Positions 50,401 to 63,586 are shown, counted from the first letter of the whole stretch. The stretch is DNA of 63,586 nt, filler included, from Catajapyx aquilonaris (GCA_000934665.2; 3 parts of 3 records of this genome joined end to end with filler, not necessarily neighbours in it), one strand, 5' to 3'. Notes: generated by a model not told the origin, from the sequence alone. Program-made: numbers and translations.

Positions 50401-52319
50401 TCATTGTGATTTTAGACTTTTTCGAAGAAAAAAAGTCTTAAATAAGACTTATTTCGATTTTCGGGTTCCGGGTTCACTCTTTGATTTTCTTAATTAATAT
50501 TTAATTACGTATTGAAATTTTTATAATATTTGAGAAAATATTGAAATTTTCCGATGCCATTTTTTGAATGAGTAAGCATGCCGCGGCATGCCGTAATTTT
50601 TTGCGACACTTTGTAAATCCTATAAGACCATATAATAATACAAGAAATTGTAAACGCATCCACACCATTTTTCTTTGTGAAGCCAACCCTTAGTGTGTGT
50701 GTTTTTTTTCTGTCAATTCATCCCAATTGAGTCACCCCACTTCCCAATTCTGGTCTATTAGGATGAACCCCAGGGTAGCAATGCAAGTTTGAGGAACGTA
50801 GTGTTAGTGACCCACTTTTTCCCTCCGCTTTTGTCCTGAACGACCGCTGGAAATAGATGTTCCGCCTTGTGAAAATAGATTCGCACAAAAAGAACAAGAG
50901 GGTTTACTATGCGAGTTGTTTGGAGCTGGCACTATACGAGCTATACAATGTTGTGGCTACGACACAATAACTGACCTGTTTCTACGAAGAAGGAGGCAGC
51001 GTCTCTCGGCCATCCTCCACCTGGCTTCACAGTGAGACAATGCTTGCCTGCACCTCTTCAGCTGGAGGTCCCTGCTCTTCAGGGCTTCGTTGGCCATCAC
51101 CAGTCCTTCCTGTCGGTCCATCAGGATCTGGGATAGATGGTGCGTCCGCTGCTTCAGTTCCTCCGCTTCCTGCCTCGACATCTCCAGGTGCTCCTGGGAT
51201 TGGTCCAGGGCAGCCTCCGCACCTTGCAGCCTCCTCCTGGTCTCTCGAAGGCCCTTCTTGGACGCCTCGGATTGGTCTCGAGCCTTCCGGAGAGCCTCGC
51301 ACGTCTCCTGAAGCTCGTCTTCCACTGTCAGATCGGGCTTGAAGTTCTTCCGTGGTGCATCGGATATGTCTAGTCCCTACAAGTGCCAGTAACATTTGTG
51401 TCAATGACTTCTGATAATGATAGGCAACGATAGCATACAAGTTAATGGCCCCTTCTAGAGCACAATGACCCCTGCCACTCGAACGGCAACTACCTCCAAT
51501 GTTGATGACCTCCGGCATTGTGATCAATGACCTCTGCTAGGGGCAATCATCTGTAACATTATGGACAATGACCTCCCACGACCTCAGACGTCGATGACCT
51601 ATGGTATTATGGTCAATGACCCCTCCTACGGCAATGACCTCCCATTTGGGGGCAATGAACTGTAGTGCCATTTGAAGTGCAATGACCCCCGGTATTATGA
51701 TCAATGACCTCTGCTGGGAGGTCATCGACTCAAAAAGTCGATGACCTCTACCACTGTAGAAGTCAATGACCTCTGGCATGGGGTCAATGACTGGTCAGTA
51801 AGGTCTTCAGAAGTGGAGACAACTGACCTGGGTCATATCCTCCAGTTCTTTGACCAGCAGCTGGAGGTTGGCTTCCTGCTGTTCCAACGCTGCCAGCTTG
51901 TCATCCTCCCTGTTGGTCATCCCCACCTGCGACAACAAGGCCAGGTGGTGACCCTCGATGGTCAACACGGCTGTCTTCAGCTCAGCAAAGACCTGCCTGA
52001 GAGTCATCAGCTGCCGATGCTGCTCCTTCAACCGCCTTTCCAGAAGCTGAGGATGCATCTGCTGTTGCCCCCCTAATTGGCAATTAGTGGCCAGCAACTG
52101 ACGACGCCCACGGCATCCAGCCAACACAAATCTCCTCTCCTGTAAACCACACCAATCATATCGGTCCGGAATAAGCCATTAAATCCGCACCTCTTTCAAC
52201 ACCAGTTCCCTGCAACCATCCTCCCCAGCGGTGGTCATCTGCCTCTGAAAATTCTTGGGCAGATCACCATCCTCCACTTTGGCCCTCCTGGTTCCAATCC
52301 TCTTCTTCTTGCAGCTCAT
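47483..52319 (-). CDS. Uncharacterised coiled-coil protein, 494 aa, 7 exons
   Basis: Exons 52191-52319, 51828-52139, 50976-51376, 48676-48801, 48276-48462, 48062-48214 and 47483-47659. Phases 0,0,2,2,0,0 join in one open frame; heptad-rich E/L/Q/R segments. Confidence 0.85.
49690..50505. repeat. AT-rich tandem duplications in intron 3 of the coiled-coil gene
   Basis: TTTTAATTTAGAGTTTTAAATTTTCAATGCATCGATATTAAATTTATTTGATTTTAATTTAATC occurs three times; duplicated block at 50205-50505 contains a hairpin with (GACA)n. Confidence 0.8.
51401..51800. repeat. Degenerate CAATGACC(T/C)C minisatellite in intron 2
   Basis: At least 11 TGACC units in ~400 bp. Confidence 0.75.
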
Positions 52320-55300
52320 CCTTATTGCACCAAGCTCAGAAGGGAAACTGAGCCCTCCACAAGCATGTATATGGCCAAGAGAATGTGCAAAGGGGAGGAG
52401 GGGTGCGGTAAGAGAGAGCTGGGGTTATTTTCCCAGCATCCCCCCCACCGCACACACACCCCCATGAGCCCATGACATGAGGGGGAGAGAACTGGGGGTA
52501 AAATTAGGCCTACCCGACATTCAGAACATTTTTCACACGTGACGTGTTGTTGACTCCGAGCACTGTCTAGCCGACTTGCAATGGAGCCAACAAATTAATA
52601 GCCTGTGGGTATTAATAAATTGATTAGAAACAATGTGCTGTCAATAAACATTGATTAGTAACAATGTGCTATCGATAAAGATTCATCAGTAACAATTTTA
52701 CATGTTATTAATAAACAGTAATTAGAAACAATGTTATGATCGAATAGCCGCTATAGTCTTAACGAGAGAAGCGAAACGCAATTAATGGTCCGTAACCATA
52801 TATTTTATTTGTTTCCATCATGTACAAGGTTTGATACAGTCCGTCGCGCAACAATTGCAAACGACGCTCTCTATCCGGGGGGGAATAAATAGTGGCATAA
52901 TGATATTGTCTTGCATAATCTCTGAATGGCACGCTCCATTGTTGCCGAGGGGGGGGAACATACTTGTCGAACTGAAAGGCCCAATAGAAGTTCAAATATC
53001 AAGCAATTTAACAATATGTAGATGAGTATTAAATTTGAGTCAAAAGTGGCCATCCACCCAAAAAAAAAAAAGGTGAATTTATTACAAATTTTGCATGAAA
53101 ATATTTGCCACTTCTATTGGGCTGTTCAATTGCACGATGGACACTCACAATTTTACAATGAAGCACTAGTCGCAGACTAGTTCTTGTCACCGGGATAGAA
53201 TTTTGCTACAAATAGTGACAGGAAAAATTGAGTGGCGGGGAAAGGGGGGAGGAAAAAAAAAAGTTGACCCTCGTTGTTCGAAAGGTCCAAAATAGTTTTA
53301 TGTACACTGATCTTAGTTACACTGGGGAGAACAGTACACTCCAAGCAAGTCCTTACACAAAAAAATAATTGCTATTATTACTTCTTTTTTTTTTTAAAGG
53401 CCATTCAGACGTTTCGTCCCACATGAAGCGCAACATTGCTGATTTCCGCACTCATGTTGTGCTTCCAATGTGAGGTTCGACTTCGGCAGTGTACTGTTTT
53501 ATTTATTTTCTCTCTCTTTCAAAAATGCAGGCTCTGGAATACCGAGAGTGGGTACAGGGTTTTTACTATATCAATCTCCTTGGCAAATTGACATCACATG
53601 CTAAGGACAATCACATTTAAAAAAGAAATGTAGAGCACCATGACTAGGTATTTTTTTTTTTAATGTAGAGACTTACTCGAACACAAAGGATGCCGGTCAC
53701 CGTAAAGTCATAATTTATTTTTCTAAACAACAGTTTAAGTACAGTGTGGGCATCCTCGCATGCCAAGGACCAAGTCTCCCCAAATTATTTTCCTATGGGT
53801 TTATTACTGATACAAGAGACTGCGGCTAATTGAGACACCTCCTCTTAATTTAACAAAAATTGGACATTGTGCAGCCCTGCCTCTAAAGTCCTGACATTTC
53901 GAGGGGCAACAAGTTTCCAAATTCTCAGTAGCAATATGCTCACAGGACTTGAAGCATTGCTGCACATAAGTCTTGCTGAAAGTGATCAGCGTTAAGTATT
54001 GTCACTAGTACAGTTCCTGCCTCCGCTACGCGTTCACACAAAATTTGGAAAACACAAAAAATAAATTCACGTTTTGAAGGCAGCAGGACAAAAGTGTGAA
54101 TGTCAAAATGTGCCGCATTTAACGTTCCAGTTACAAATTTAAAATCCGCAAGTCCATGCTGCCATCTCCCAGTCCACTCGATGATGTCATGTTATTGGCC
54201 GGAAGATTTCAGTCTTGGCAAGAATTACTTTCTTTTTTAATATTATAAATACCCATACCCCCAGATGTGATATCCTTGAAAGGCTGCATGTTCATGCGAA
54301 TAAGAACTACAATATGCAGCCAGCGCATTCGTAATTAACAATGGAAAACAAAACGAGGAACTATTTATTACATTATGCAAGCTAATGGACAAACCAAAAA
54401 AAAAAAAAGTACGATAATAGTAGTGCCTTGCTAAGCAACAATATAGGAACCAGTTCTGGTAAAATAATTGGCGTCATAAGCGACAAGAAATGCATGCAAT
54501 TCGTAATATATTATTTTCTTTATGTACAAACGTGCAATAAATTAACCCTCGGTTACAGTAATACTTCACTTGGCAATTAAGTGCGCATTTTTAAGTCTCT
54601 TCCTGCCTGCAGAATTACAAGACCTGACAAAAGTACCAATAAATTGATGCGAATCAACTGGCATGTCGTGACAAGCACGCCAGCATTTTGCGAGTATCTC
54701 CGCTGAATACCTGGACACTTTCCCCTTGCGAGTCTTGACTGCGATCCAGACAAAATAAGAATCTCCCCCCTAAAAAATAAATTCATACATCATGCACAGT
54801 AACCAAAATGCAAATTGCAGCGAATTAACAACAAAAAATATTATTACAGACACGAGAAAATTCAAACCAGAAAAGAGAGCAGTCCTGCTTGGGAAACTAA
54901 ACAAAATTTCCCGTGCTGCGAGGGAGCTGGACTGTTTCGCTACTTAAACGAACTGTACCATGTTTTGCGCAATGTGTTCAGCAAACAAGACAAAATGCGA
55001 GTGACTTCAGAACGAAACTAATTCGATGTACAAAAAATAGTGTAAGTTGTGTTCTACACTGCAACAATTACGCAAAAAATTACTTTGGTTTCAAAACAAT
55101 AGAGGCAGCCTGTAATTCCCAGAAAACAAATCTGAATCAATGCAAAAATAACTTGCACCTGTCTCTAATTGCAAAAAAATATATAATAATGAAATGGGCA
55201 ACTGCAACCCTTTAACTAGTTGAAACCAACCCCAAAATATAAGTATCCTTAATACTGATTCCCAAACTATGTCTACCAATAGGAGTGGGGTGCAAAATCT

Positions 55301-55586
55301 TCTGTTACGGAATTTTGCCAAATTTTTTTTTTCATCTTCTTCTTTTCTCCTCGTCGTCGTCTTCTTCCTCTTCGGAGAAGGTGGGCACGGGGGGGAAAAA
55401 TAATTGTTACCTCAAAATAACAGACTTCTGCTTTTCTTGATATGCAGGTGTGGGAAAAGTATCGTCGTCAAGACTCATTTCCGCTAAAAATTAATAAGTG
55501 AGGTTGAAACCCTGCTGCCTCTTCACACTGCAAATGTAAAGATAAACCAATAAGAATTACATTTTCATTGGCTAAAATTTGAACTA

Positions 55587-55895
55587 CACTGTACTCCCGA
55601 TGATTCGGGTGCGGATTATCCGGGCATCGCCGAAACAAAGAAAAATAAATAAACGTCCTAAAAATGCAAATATGTCTTAAAAACAAAAAAAATATCTGAC
55701 TTTTCCTAGAAGACAAACTAAAAATGTGTGGGCTGTTTCATTACTTTAATTAAATCTTATTAAAAAGAGCTTACAGTACGTACAGTAGTTCATTTAAAAC
55801 CTCTGAACAGCTCATTTTTACGGTATTTAGGACCATCTTCTGATTATCCAGCGACACTCGTGCAGTTGTTAGCCTGGATAATCCGGAGTACAGTG
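55587..55895. mobile_element. Tc1/mariner-pogo-type MITE at the 3' end of SLC41
   Basis: TA flanks at 55585-55586 and 55896-55897; TIR CACTGTACTCC / GGAGTACAGTG with GGATTATCC/GGATAATCC subterminal motifs. Confidence 0.8.
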
Positions 55896-58460
55896 TAATT
55901 AGCGGCGATGTCGACTGACCTTCGTTAACAACCTTCTCCCCCATGGCAGCCAAAAATTCGAAGGCCAAAAAGAGCAATCCAGTGCCAAGCAAGTCCCCAA
56001 GAGCTGTCAGATACGGGATGGCGGAGGTGTCTGGGTCGATCTTCCTCACCCATAGCCAACTGGTTAAGTTCTGGGCAATCACGAGGAGCAAGGCGACCTG
56101 AACCGTGGCTGCAGTCAGGTACGCCAGAAGGAAGAGGAAGGTGAGTGAGGTGTGTCCAGCTTGGAAGTAAGAGATGGTGTAGGAGAAGAGGAGGTGTCCG
56201 GGGAGGACCATGAAGAGGAGGACCCTGGCGGTGCGAGAGTGGCTTCCTTTCCCAATGAAGACGGTGAGTGGGTTGGTCCAGACCCTCTGAGTCGGATGGG
56301 GCAGAGTTCCAGGGACAGCATCGCGGTGGAGGGAAGTGGAGATGCGGGAGGCCTGCACTGCCACCAGGTTTCCTCCGACTCCATTGATCACGGGCTGGTA
56401 CACGGCAATGCCAGCAAACCTAATCACAGCCTGGTCCAGGATGATGCCACCCATGCTGCTAATGAGCATGGCGATGAGAACAGGTGGCCATCCAGTGTAG
56501 AGTACAACCCTGGTGTATTCGTTCTTCCTTGCCAGCCACACCCAGAGAGGAGTTATTAGGAAGTAGCCAACAATCACCACTGGAGCTAGCCATGTGTCAC
56601 TCCCTGAAAAGTAATGAAAATTAGTCATTTCAAGATTGACGTCCATTGATGTTGGAAGGAAAGCGAACATGTCGGCAATGCTTACCCAGGGAACTGAAGA
56701 AAATGCTTGAGAGCCAGGCCAAGAGACCTAGGGTAGTAATATCGCCCAGGCTGGCAGCGATGGGAGTCGCCACATTGTCCGGGTTTATATTGCACTTACG
56801 AGAGAGAATTATCACAGCCACCATGACTACACCTGCAAATAGAAAGGAACCACCACGGTAATAAAGGTTGCTAAAGCCTACTAACATTTTTATGAACTGG
56901 TTGTTATCAAGTCGGAATTCCTATGATCATTTCCTTGATGACCTTAATACCCTTCACTTCTTAGTTGACATCATGCCCTTGTCATCATTCCCTTGGTCAG
57001 ATATAAAATATTTCTTCAAATTTACTTGAGCTTTTATCCGTGAAATAAATAAATCAATAGCATATGCCTCAATTTGATGTGCCCATTCTAATCAGATCAA
57101 TTCAACAGTAGATCAGGCGTACTTAATTACCATCAGCAGACTTCATTCTAATGTTCAATTGGATGACGCCGATGTCTGTTTTGTGCACGTCAACACCAGA
57201 TGTTAGCAACAATTGACGTCACAAGCAGGTATCTGATGGTAGTAACGTTTTCTTCCCTTGGCTTCAAAAACCATATCCTTCCTCTTTGTGGAAAGTGACA
57301 TTACGTATGCTGATAAGGTCTGCACTTCTGAGGCCATATGCAGACGCATACATATTCAACCACGAATAAATAAGTTCCAGAAAAGTATGCCGCATGGAAT
57401 ATTTCGCAAAAATTATTCACCTTAATAAAAGTACACACTTGACCCGCATGTGCTCACACAATTTTCCAGATGTTTCCTTCGAATTTATCTTGGAACTCAT
57501 CCAACATTCCTTAACCTGATTTCTTCATCCTCGAACTATCCAACTTATTAGACAAGCTGAATTGGGACTACTGCGGCACCATATTTCTAACGCACCTATT
57601 TTTAAGAATTATCTGACCAAGGTCAGTAAAAGGCCACTACCTCGGACCCTTGATAGAGCAGAAAAGCGTCTATTACAGGATATTTTTTTGTGACCAGACA
57701 ACATTGTTTGCCTTTCAATTCCCTTCAAAATTTTCAACCAAGCCGCATTCGAATACGTACCTAAAGCGCAACTAGCTAAGGCTGCAGTGACAATGCTGCT
57801 GGCACAGAGGAGCAGTGCGTGGCTGAGGTTGAACTGGCCGTCAAAGGCCACCCCCATCAGCACTGCCACCACGGAGGCCAGAAAGCCCACCACGATGGCC
57901 TGGCACTGCACCAGCGACAAGTTCCCAACTGCCATGCTCCACTGCTCTTTCGTAGTGTCCATGTTCCCCAAGTTGGCCTGAGTGGACAGCCTGGCTGCCA
58001 GGGTCATCTCCAGGTTCCCCTTGAGTCCAAGCAGGGCCGGAACGAGAATGAAGAGTTCCGGCACCTCCCTGAACACGTCCCAGTGCTGCACCAGGTCTAG
58101 GACCAGCCCCGCTCCAACCATCCCCATCCCGGCAATCAGGAAAGGGATGAACACCTGGATCCCAATGGTCTTCCAGCTCTCCTGGTCCTTCTCCGGAATT
58201 AGGGACTCCCGGCTGGCTGCAATGCTGTTCTGCAGAGGCGTCGGGGCCTCGCTGGGAGGAACCGATGCCTGGTCAACGGTGAGGGTGATTTCTGGGAGGG
58301 AGCGAGGCCTGTCCTGCTCAGCATTGTTGGCGCTAGTTGCATTGTTGGTGGTGGAGTCAGGCAGCACCACCTCCAGGAGCTGGACGGGCGATGCCTTGGA
58401 GTCCATCGTGGCCACCTGAGCCTCTGTCTTGTGCAAAGGCCTGTGGATCTCCAGGAGCAT
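55771..58460 (-). CDS. SLC41A1: SLC41-family (MgtE-related) Mg2+ transporter
   Basis: Exons 57761-58460 ([20 protein letters not shown]), 56686-56832 ([15 protein letters not shown]) and from 56603 ([24 protein letters not shown]), joined by phase-1 introns. The true C-terminus is uncertain (possible donor at 55919). Confidence 0.93.
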
Positions 58461-61400
58461 TGTGGAGAGGGACTTAGCCCTGTGGGGAAAAAAGAGCAAC
58501 GCACTTTAATAATGTGTCCGTAACGCAACGCTATTTAACCATGTAACCTACACGTGGGGGACAGGAGGACAGAAAATCAGAGCCTGAATTGGACTAGTTA
58601 CCACAGGCAATACCCGAAAACTTCATGCCACCAACGTGACATTGCTCAATCAAAATCAATAACCTTTCACCACCATACACCTGACCTGATTGATTGATTC
58701 TTAGAACCTAAATAATGTCCATTTCAAGCGCTGTTCAACGAATACAAAACAGCTGCTTTACGGTAACGTAACAAACAAAAAACAGAAGTCGCATGCCCAA
58801 TTTTGTCCGAATTGGTTTTGAAGGATTTTTATTAAATTCCTGGAATCCCATGTTAGTGACATCGAGTGAGAAGCGCACTACTTGCAACTCTAGGTTCACT
58901 CTACTTTTGCTAAACGAGACGATCCAGAAAAGGAAGGAAGACATGATATCGGTATGAGAAATTAAAAGCAACATCGAAAAAACACAGTGCTGGACAAACA
59001 AGTTACGTACACCTGAGAAAATATGGGCAGCTTCTGTGCGGCTTCAATGTTCTACATGGGAACAGGTAACAAAGAGAAAGAGAAAAAGAGGGAAAAATCA
59101 GATACACTTCCCCAAACGAGTCACCTCTTTCTCAGACAATTACCACAACGTCTTTAAAAAAAGAAAAGACTTGTACGCGTCATCATGGCAGGGTCAGGAT
59201 TATTAAATCTAGTGAAACTCCTCGACAAACGAGGAGAGGAAATCTGTATTTCTTTTTTTTTCTTTATAAAAAGGTCATCATGCATTAATTAGCTGGCAGG
59301 ATTCCAAAACACACGCAGACGTCTGACAATCTGAGTCAACTGTGCGAATATTAATGCCACACAATTTCCTAATTCATTAGCTACGTGTTGTCGGACACAA
59401 CATTTTGCCCTTGACCACAACAACAAAAAAGGTGCTAATCAACTTCCGTGGTGATTACAAAATCCAGCTTGGTGCTATCAAGTACACCAGTAAAAACCAC
59501 AAGATAATATTCTCAAAAAAATTAAAATAAGCAGGGTGCCAAACGAACCCCTTTCACTCGGTTAACGAGCATAATTTTAAAAAGAATCGTGCACGTGTGT
59601 GACACCTGGCTTTATACTCACCATACTCCAATACTTTTCTATAGCCTCCTGCAACGAAATGAACAAAAGAAAAGAGAGAGGAGAAAAAGGGACTTCAGTC
59701 ACACTGTACTGAGCACGTGAACAATGAACACAAGTTAATTGAAGTATAATATACCCCAAGACACACAAAGCAGGTCACCCACACAAGTTATATCACCACA
59801 TTTATAAATATAGCGGCATGTTGTTACCCCCTCTTCTGCTAAAATCGGAAGCTGATTATGTAACCGCACTGCGCACTTTAAAAAGCGCCAATAAAGCTAT
59901 TACTGCATTACAGGTCGAAAGCGAGAGAAACTTATAGGTTACAACAAGTTTGAAAACAAAACACACCATACGTTGCAACAATTTTGGAGGATTCGATAAC
60001 CATTTTCACTTCCTTCCTTGTAACAGAGGAGAGACCCACCACACGAATATAGAGCACAACACTATTTTGACAGGCTGCGCGATTATTCCGTCTCTCGACA
60101 AAGGGTCGTTCACAATAAAAACCTTCAATTGCGTCTGCCAAACATGCGGTCCTATTCATGCGCAGGTGCTTTCTGCCAATTGAGGACCTGTTCACTGCCG
60201 ACACTTTCGACATGAATATCCTTTAACAGTTTACCTGACATTGCATTGTAGTTTGAGGTCGAGAATTTGCATAAGAACAAATACATAAAATTTGTCGGCA
60301 ATAAGCCCTGCTCTAAATCCAGTACATAATCGCCAAATTCTTTACCCTTTCTGCATTAATCTTGTGTGTTGTGATTAGAGCCATCGCAATAACTCTGGCA
60401 TGACTGTAATCATGACTGGCATCAAATGACAAGCAGCAGTGATGCACGACTGTATGGTAATTGCACACATCATTGCATTCGCATAGAAATACTCGCTAAA
60501 AACTTGACGTGTAAACACAGAGGATGAAACGTGACTGCAATCACATCAGTTTGCAGCTAACTGTCTTCCCTTTGCCCTAGCACATGGACAATGGAAGTAT
60601 CCTTCTGTTATTATTGCAGCGGAAAATAGGTTCAATGTCACTGACTTCACCAAAACTGAATATGCAAAAACCACACAACTGAAGGATTTCAAGTCCTTGC
60701 AAATTTTTGTGCAGGTTTTTGAGAACAATGGAAAATTACATGGCCACAACACACGTTTTCACACCACCTGCACACACATCATGGCCAGCTAATTAAGTCA
60801 TATTGCCACGGAAGCTTTAATCAATGCTACATACTAGGAAGTTTCACATCTGGATATTTTCAGGCGCCAAAAATAGTCGACATAAAACAAGCCTTGAATA
60901 AACTGTTTGCAAATAAGTAGTCTCAACGTGGTTACGTAAACTGCGTACTGGACAAAATTCCCTGATGGCGCCTGGAAAACTCCGACCTCGCTTTGTCATC
61001 ACAACATTGTATTCAACCTTCTTCTCCTGCATTCCCACAACATAATCTCGTGTAACACTGTCCCTGCCACCACTGACACATTTGGACTATCCTTCTAGGC
61101 CAGCGATTGTGCTACTTGCAACAAATATTTGGGTTATCAAGGCTCTGCAATGCAAACTGTTCCCTCACATTTTGCTGTGTTCGTAAAGCACATTCCAATG
61201 AAGTAATAACAGATTACATTCTAGCAATACCTGAAGAGGTACCTGCTCTACTCGGATGACACCCGAACAAAGACCACTGGTAACTCGATATGTTTCAAGT
61301 AACTTTATGTAATAGTGTCCGAGAGCACTTAATAGCCTGTGTGGACAGCACACAGATAAGGTTGAAGACCAGTGACCTAGCCAGTAAAAACCAAGACGTG

Positions 61401-61734
61401 CCACCAGCCGCAGCCTGTACGTGACACTGCAGGGGATTCACTCAGATACCCGATAGCCACCAGGTCCCTTGATCAACAACTGTCACAGCAATAAAACCCT
61501 ATAAGAATGGACAACAAAAGTGATGCGCAAACAATAAACATTGCGCCATCACAATTCATTACGCCGTGGAACAATGACATGAAGCAATGTAATTACGGCA
61601 TCTACCTGGTATCCCGAAAAAAATATTTACTTCAGAGCAACAATCCCGGTGACGCACCTGTCCATCACAGATTATTTGCCCGGTACTTCCGCACTAAGCC
61701 GCTTCCTACTTTTCATCATCATCGAAAGCATAAT

Positions 61735-62540
61735 TCCTAATACAACCAATAATATTCCAAATAGAGCTAATAATCAATTCCTAATGTAGCTACTAATTCC
61801 CAATATAACCAATAAATAAATCATGTAGCCAATAATTCATTCAGACTGATGTAGCCAGCAACTCCTGAATATAACCAATAAATTACTCATAATAATGACC
61901 TAATAATTCATTCCTTATGCAGAGAATAATTAATTCCTGATGTAGCCAATAATTCCCAATATAACCAATTCATTCATTCCTAATATAACCAATTCAACCA
62001 TTCCTGACGTAGCGACTAATTCATTCATAACGTAAATAATAATTAATTCCTGGTGTAACAAATAATTATTCCTAATGTAGCCAATAATTCCTAATTTAAC
62101 CAATTCATTCCTAATATAGTTAATAATTCATTCCTGATGTAACGACTAATTAATTTGTAACGTAACCAATAATTCATTTGTAACGTACATTACCAATAAT
62201 TCATTCCTCATGTAGCGACTAATTCATTTGTAACGTAACAAATAGTATTCATTCCTGATGTAGCGACTAATTCATTTGTAACGTTACCAATAATTCATTC
62301 CTGATGTAGCGACTAATTCATTTGTAACGTTACCAATAATTCATTCCTGATGTAGCCAATAATTCATTTGTAACATTACCAATAATTCATTCCTCATGTA
62401 GCGACTAATTCATTTGTAACGTAACAATTCATTCCTGATGTAGCGACTAATTCATTTGTAACGTAACAAATAGTATTCATTCCTGATGTAGCCAATAATT
62501 CATTTGTAACGTTTACCAATAATTCATTCCTGATGTAGCT
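61735..62540. repeat. Minisatellite, 23-bp monomer forming a 46-bp higher-order unit
   Basis: ATTCCTGATGTAGCGACTAATTC + ATTTGTAACGTTACCAATAATTC repeated; degenerate on the left, near-perfect on the right. Confidence 0.9.
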
Positions 62541-63300
62541 ATAATGTGAGTAATAGCAATTATCATATTCGCCGGCCAGTGTACGCCACGTATGTGCAGC
62601 GTACGCATTGTGCCGCACGGGGCCATTATTGAGACCTGACTGTTGCACCTTCCGTCCACAAGATTGCAACAATAATAACAATAATGTGCAATACTTCGCC
62701 ATATCCAGCAGTGACCTTGACCTTTTCCCTTCAACCCAAGTTGCACCATCTCCCCCCACCCCCCACCCCTCTCTTTCCCCCCCTCACCCCTGGCCTCCAT
62801 GAAAATTCGAACATGGCCTTCTATTCCATCCATATTGTGGTGGGCCTGCCTTGGGAGAATCCCCCCCAAAAAAATACTAACCAGGAGCCTGAGATATATC
62901 CGAGTGGTCCAGTGTAGTGACCTCTCTGGATCCCTGTGGCGTGACCTGACCGGTGTCGGTCTGGTGCCTGCTGTGCCCTGGGCAACGGCAGCAGCAAGGG
63001 TCCCTTTCGTGGTCCCTCCTCCTCCTCCTCCTCACATGTCCTCCCTCGGCCGCCCTTCCCGAATCGGAATGAATAACCTCCAGACTAGCTGGCTTTAATT
63101 TCAAGAGACTAAGAGACAAAGGCTGGGAGCACACTGTGTGACTCTACAGCTCAGCTCTGAGAGACACACTGCGAAACCGCAACTGCAGACTTTTCGCGAA
63201 TATTCGAGAGAGAGAGAGAGACAAAAAGGAGAACACTTCCTCCGAAGCCCCCCTCCGCTCCCCTACTGCCCTCCCCCTGCAAAAGTGGCGAAATTGGACA

Positions 63301-63326
63301 GGCCACGCCCACTCCCAGTGACGTCA
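63301..63326. promoter_or_regulatory. Candidate promoter (Sp/KLF box plus perfect CRE), possibly of SLC41
   Basis: GGCCACGCCC at 63301-63310 and TGACGTCA at 63319-63326, upstream (minus strand) of a GC-rich exon-like block ending in a GTTAGT donor at ~62881. Confidence 0.45.
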
Positions 63327-63586
63327 AAGGCGTTCGATCTGTACAATTCTGGAACGGCCGGGCGCTTAATGGTTATATTAGCTGCTTTTTTGGGGGGTTC
63401 GATAATTATACTGTACCATACTGTGTACAATTTAAGTCGGTTCGTGCACGCGGTCGAGACGCACTCATTAATGAACACATCTGGAGCTAGAGCAAGTCGC
63501 GGTCGAGTCGCGGTCTGGAGCTAGGCAGTGCTACAGTAGTGCTAATAAATGTAGCTAATATAGCTGTTGGTGCCCCCCCCCCCCGG

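Noticed and set aside
51027..51527. Overlapping Gly/Pro-rich ORFs (also the + strand ORFs over SLC41, the IR and the hAT)
   Set aside because: Alternative-frame or antisense shadows of real coding exons.
61735..62540. CRISPR array
   Set aside because: Contiguous tandem units with no unique spacers and no cas genes.

Overview
Eukaryotic (animal, most likely arthropod) genomic DNA. The window is three unrelated ~21-kb pieces joined by artificial 100-bp linkers (44 N + TTAATTAATTAA + 44 N at 21149-21248 and 42363-42462), so adjacency across the linkers is meaningless. Piece 1: first coding exon of NOP53; a tetraspanin-13/31 (Tsp97E-like) gene with a 68-nt U12-type intron and two duplicated alternative last exons, head-to-head with the 5' exons of an SLC25A39/40 carrier; and many transposons (Buster-type hAT with TIRs and 8-bp TSD, nested foldback/Harbinger MITEs, piggyBac MITE, two SINEs with perfect TSDs, a MER2/Tigger-like MITE, a mariner relic). 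Piece 2: a dense, same-strand tandem cluster of six small spliced genes plus one relic exon, invisible in the ORF track, that encode Cys-rich membrane (micro)proteins, three with PPxY motifs. This is the best candidate for an undescribed system. It is followed by a THEG-repeat gene and an intronless divergent ionotropic receptor. Piece 3: a 7-exon 494-aa coiled-coil orphan gene, an SLC41 Mg2+ transporter, MITEs and minisatellites. All gene models were spliced by hand from splice-site and reading-frame consistency; family assignments are from recognised motifs, not database searches.
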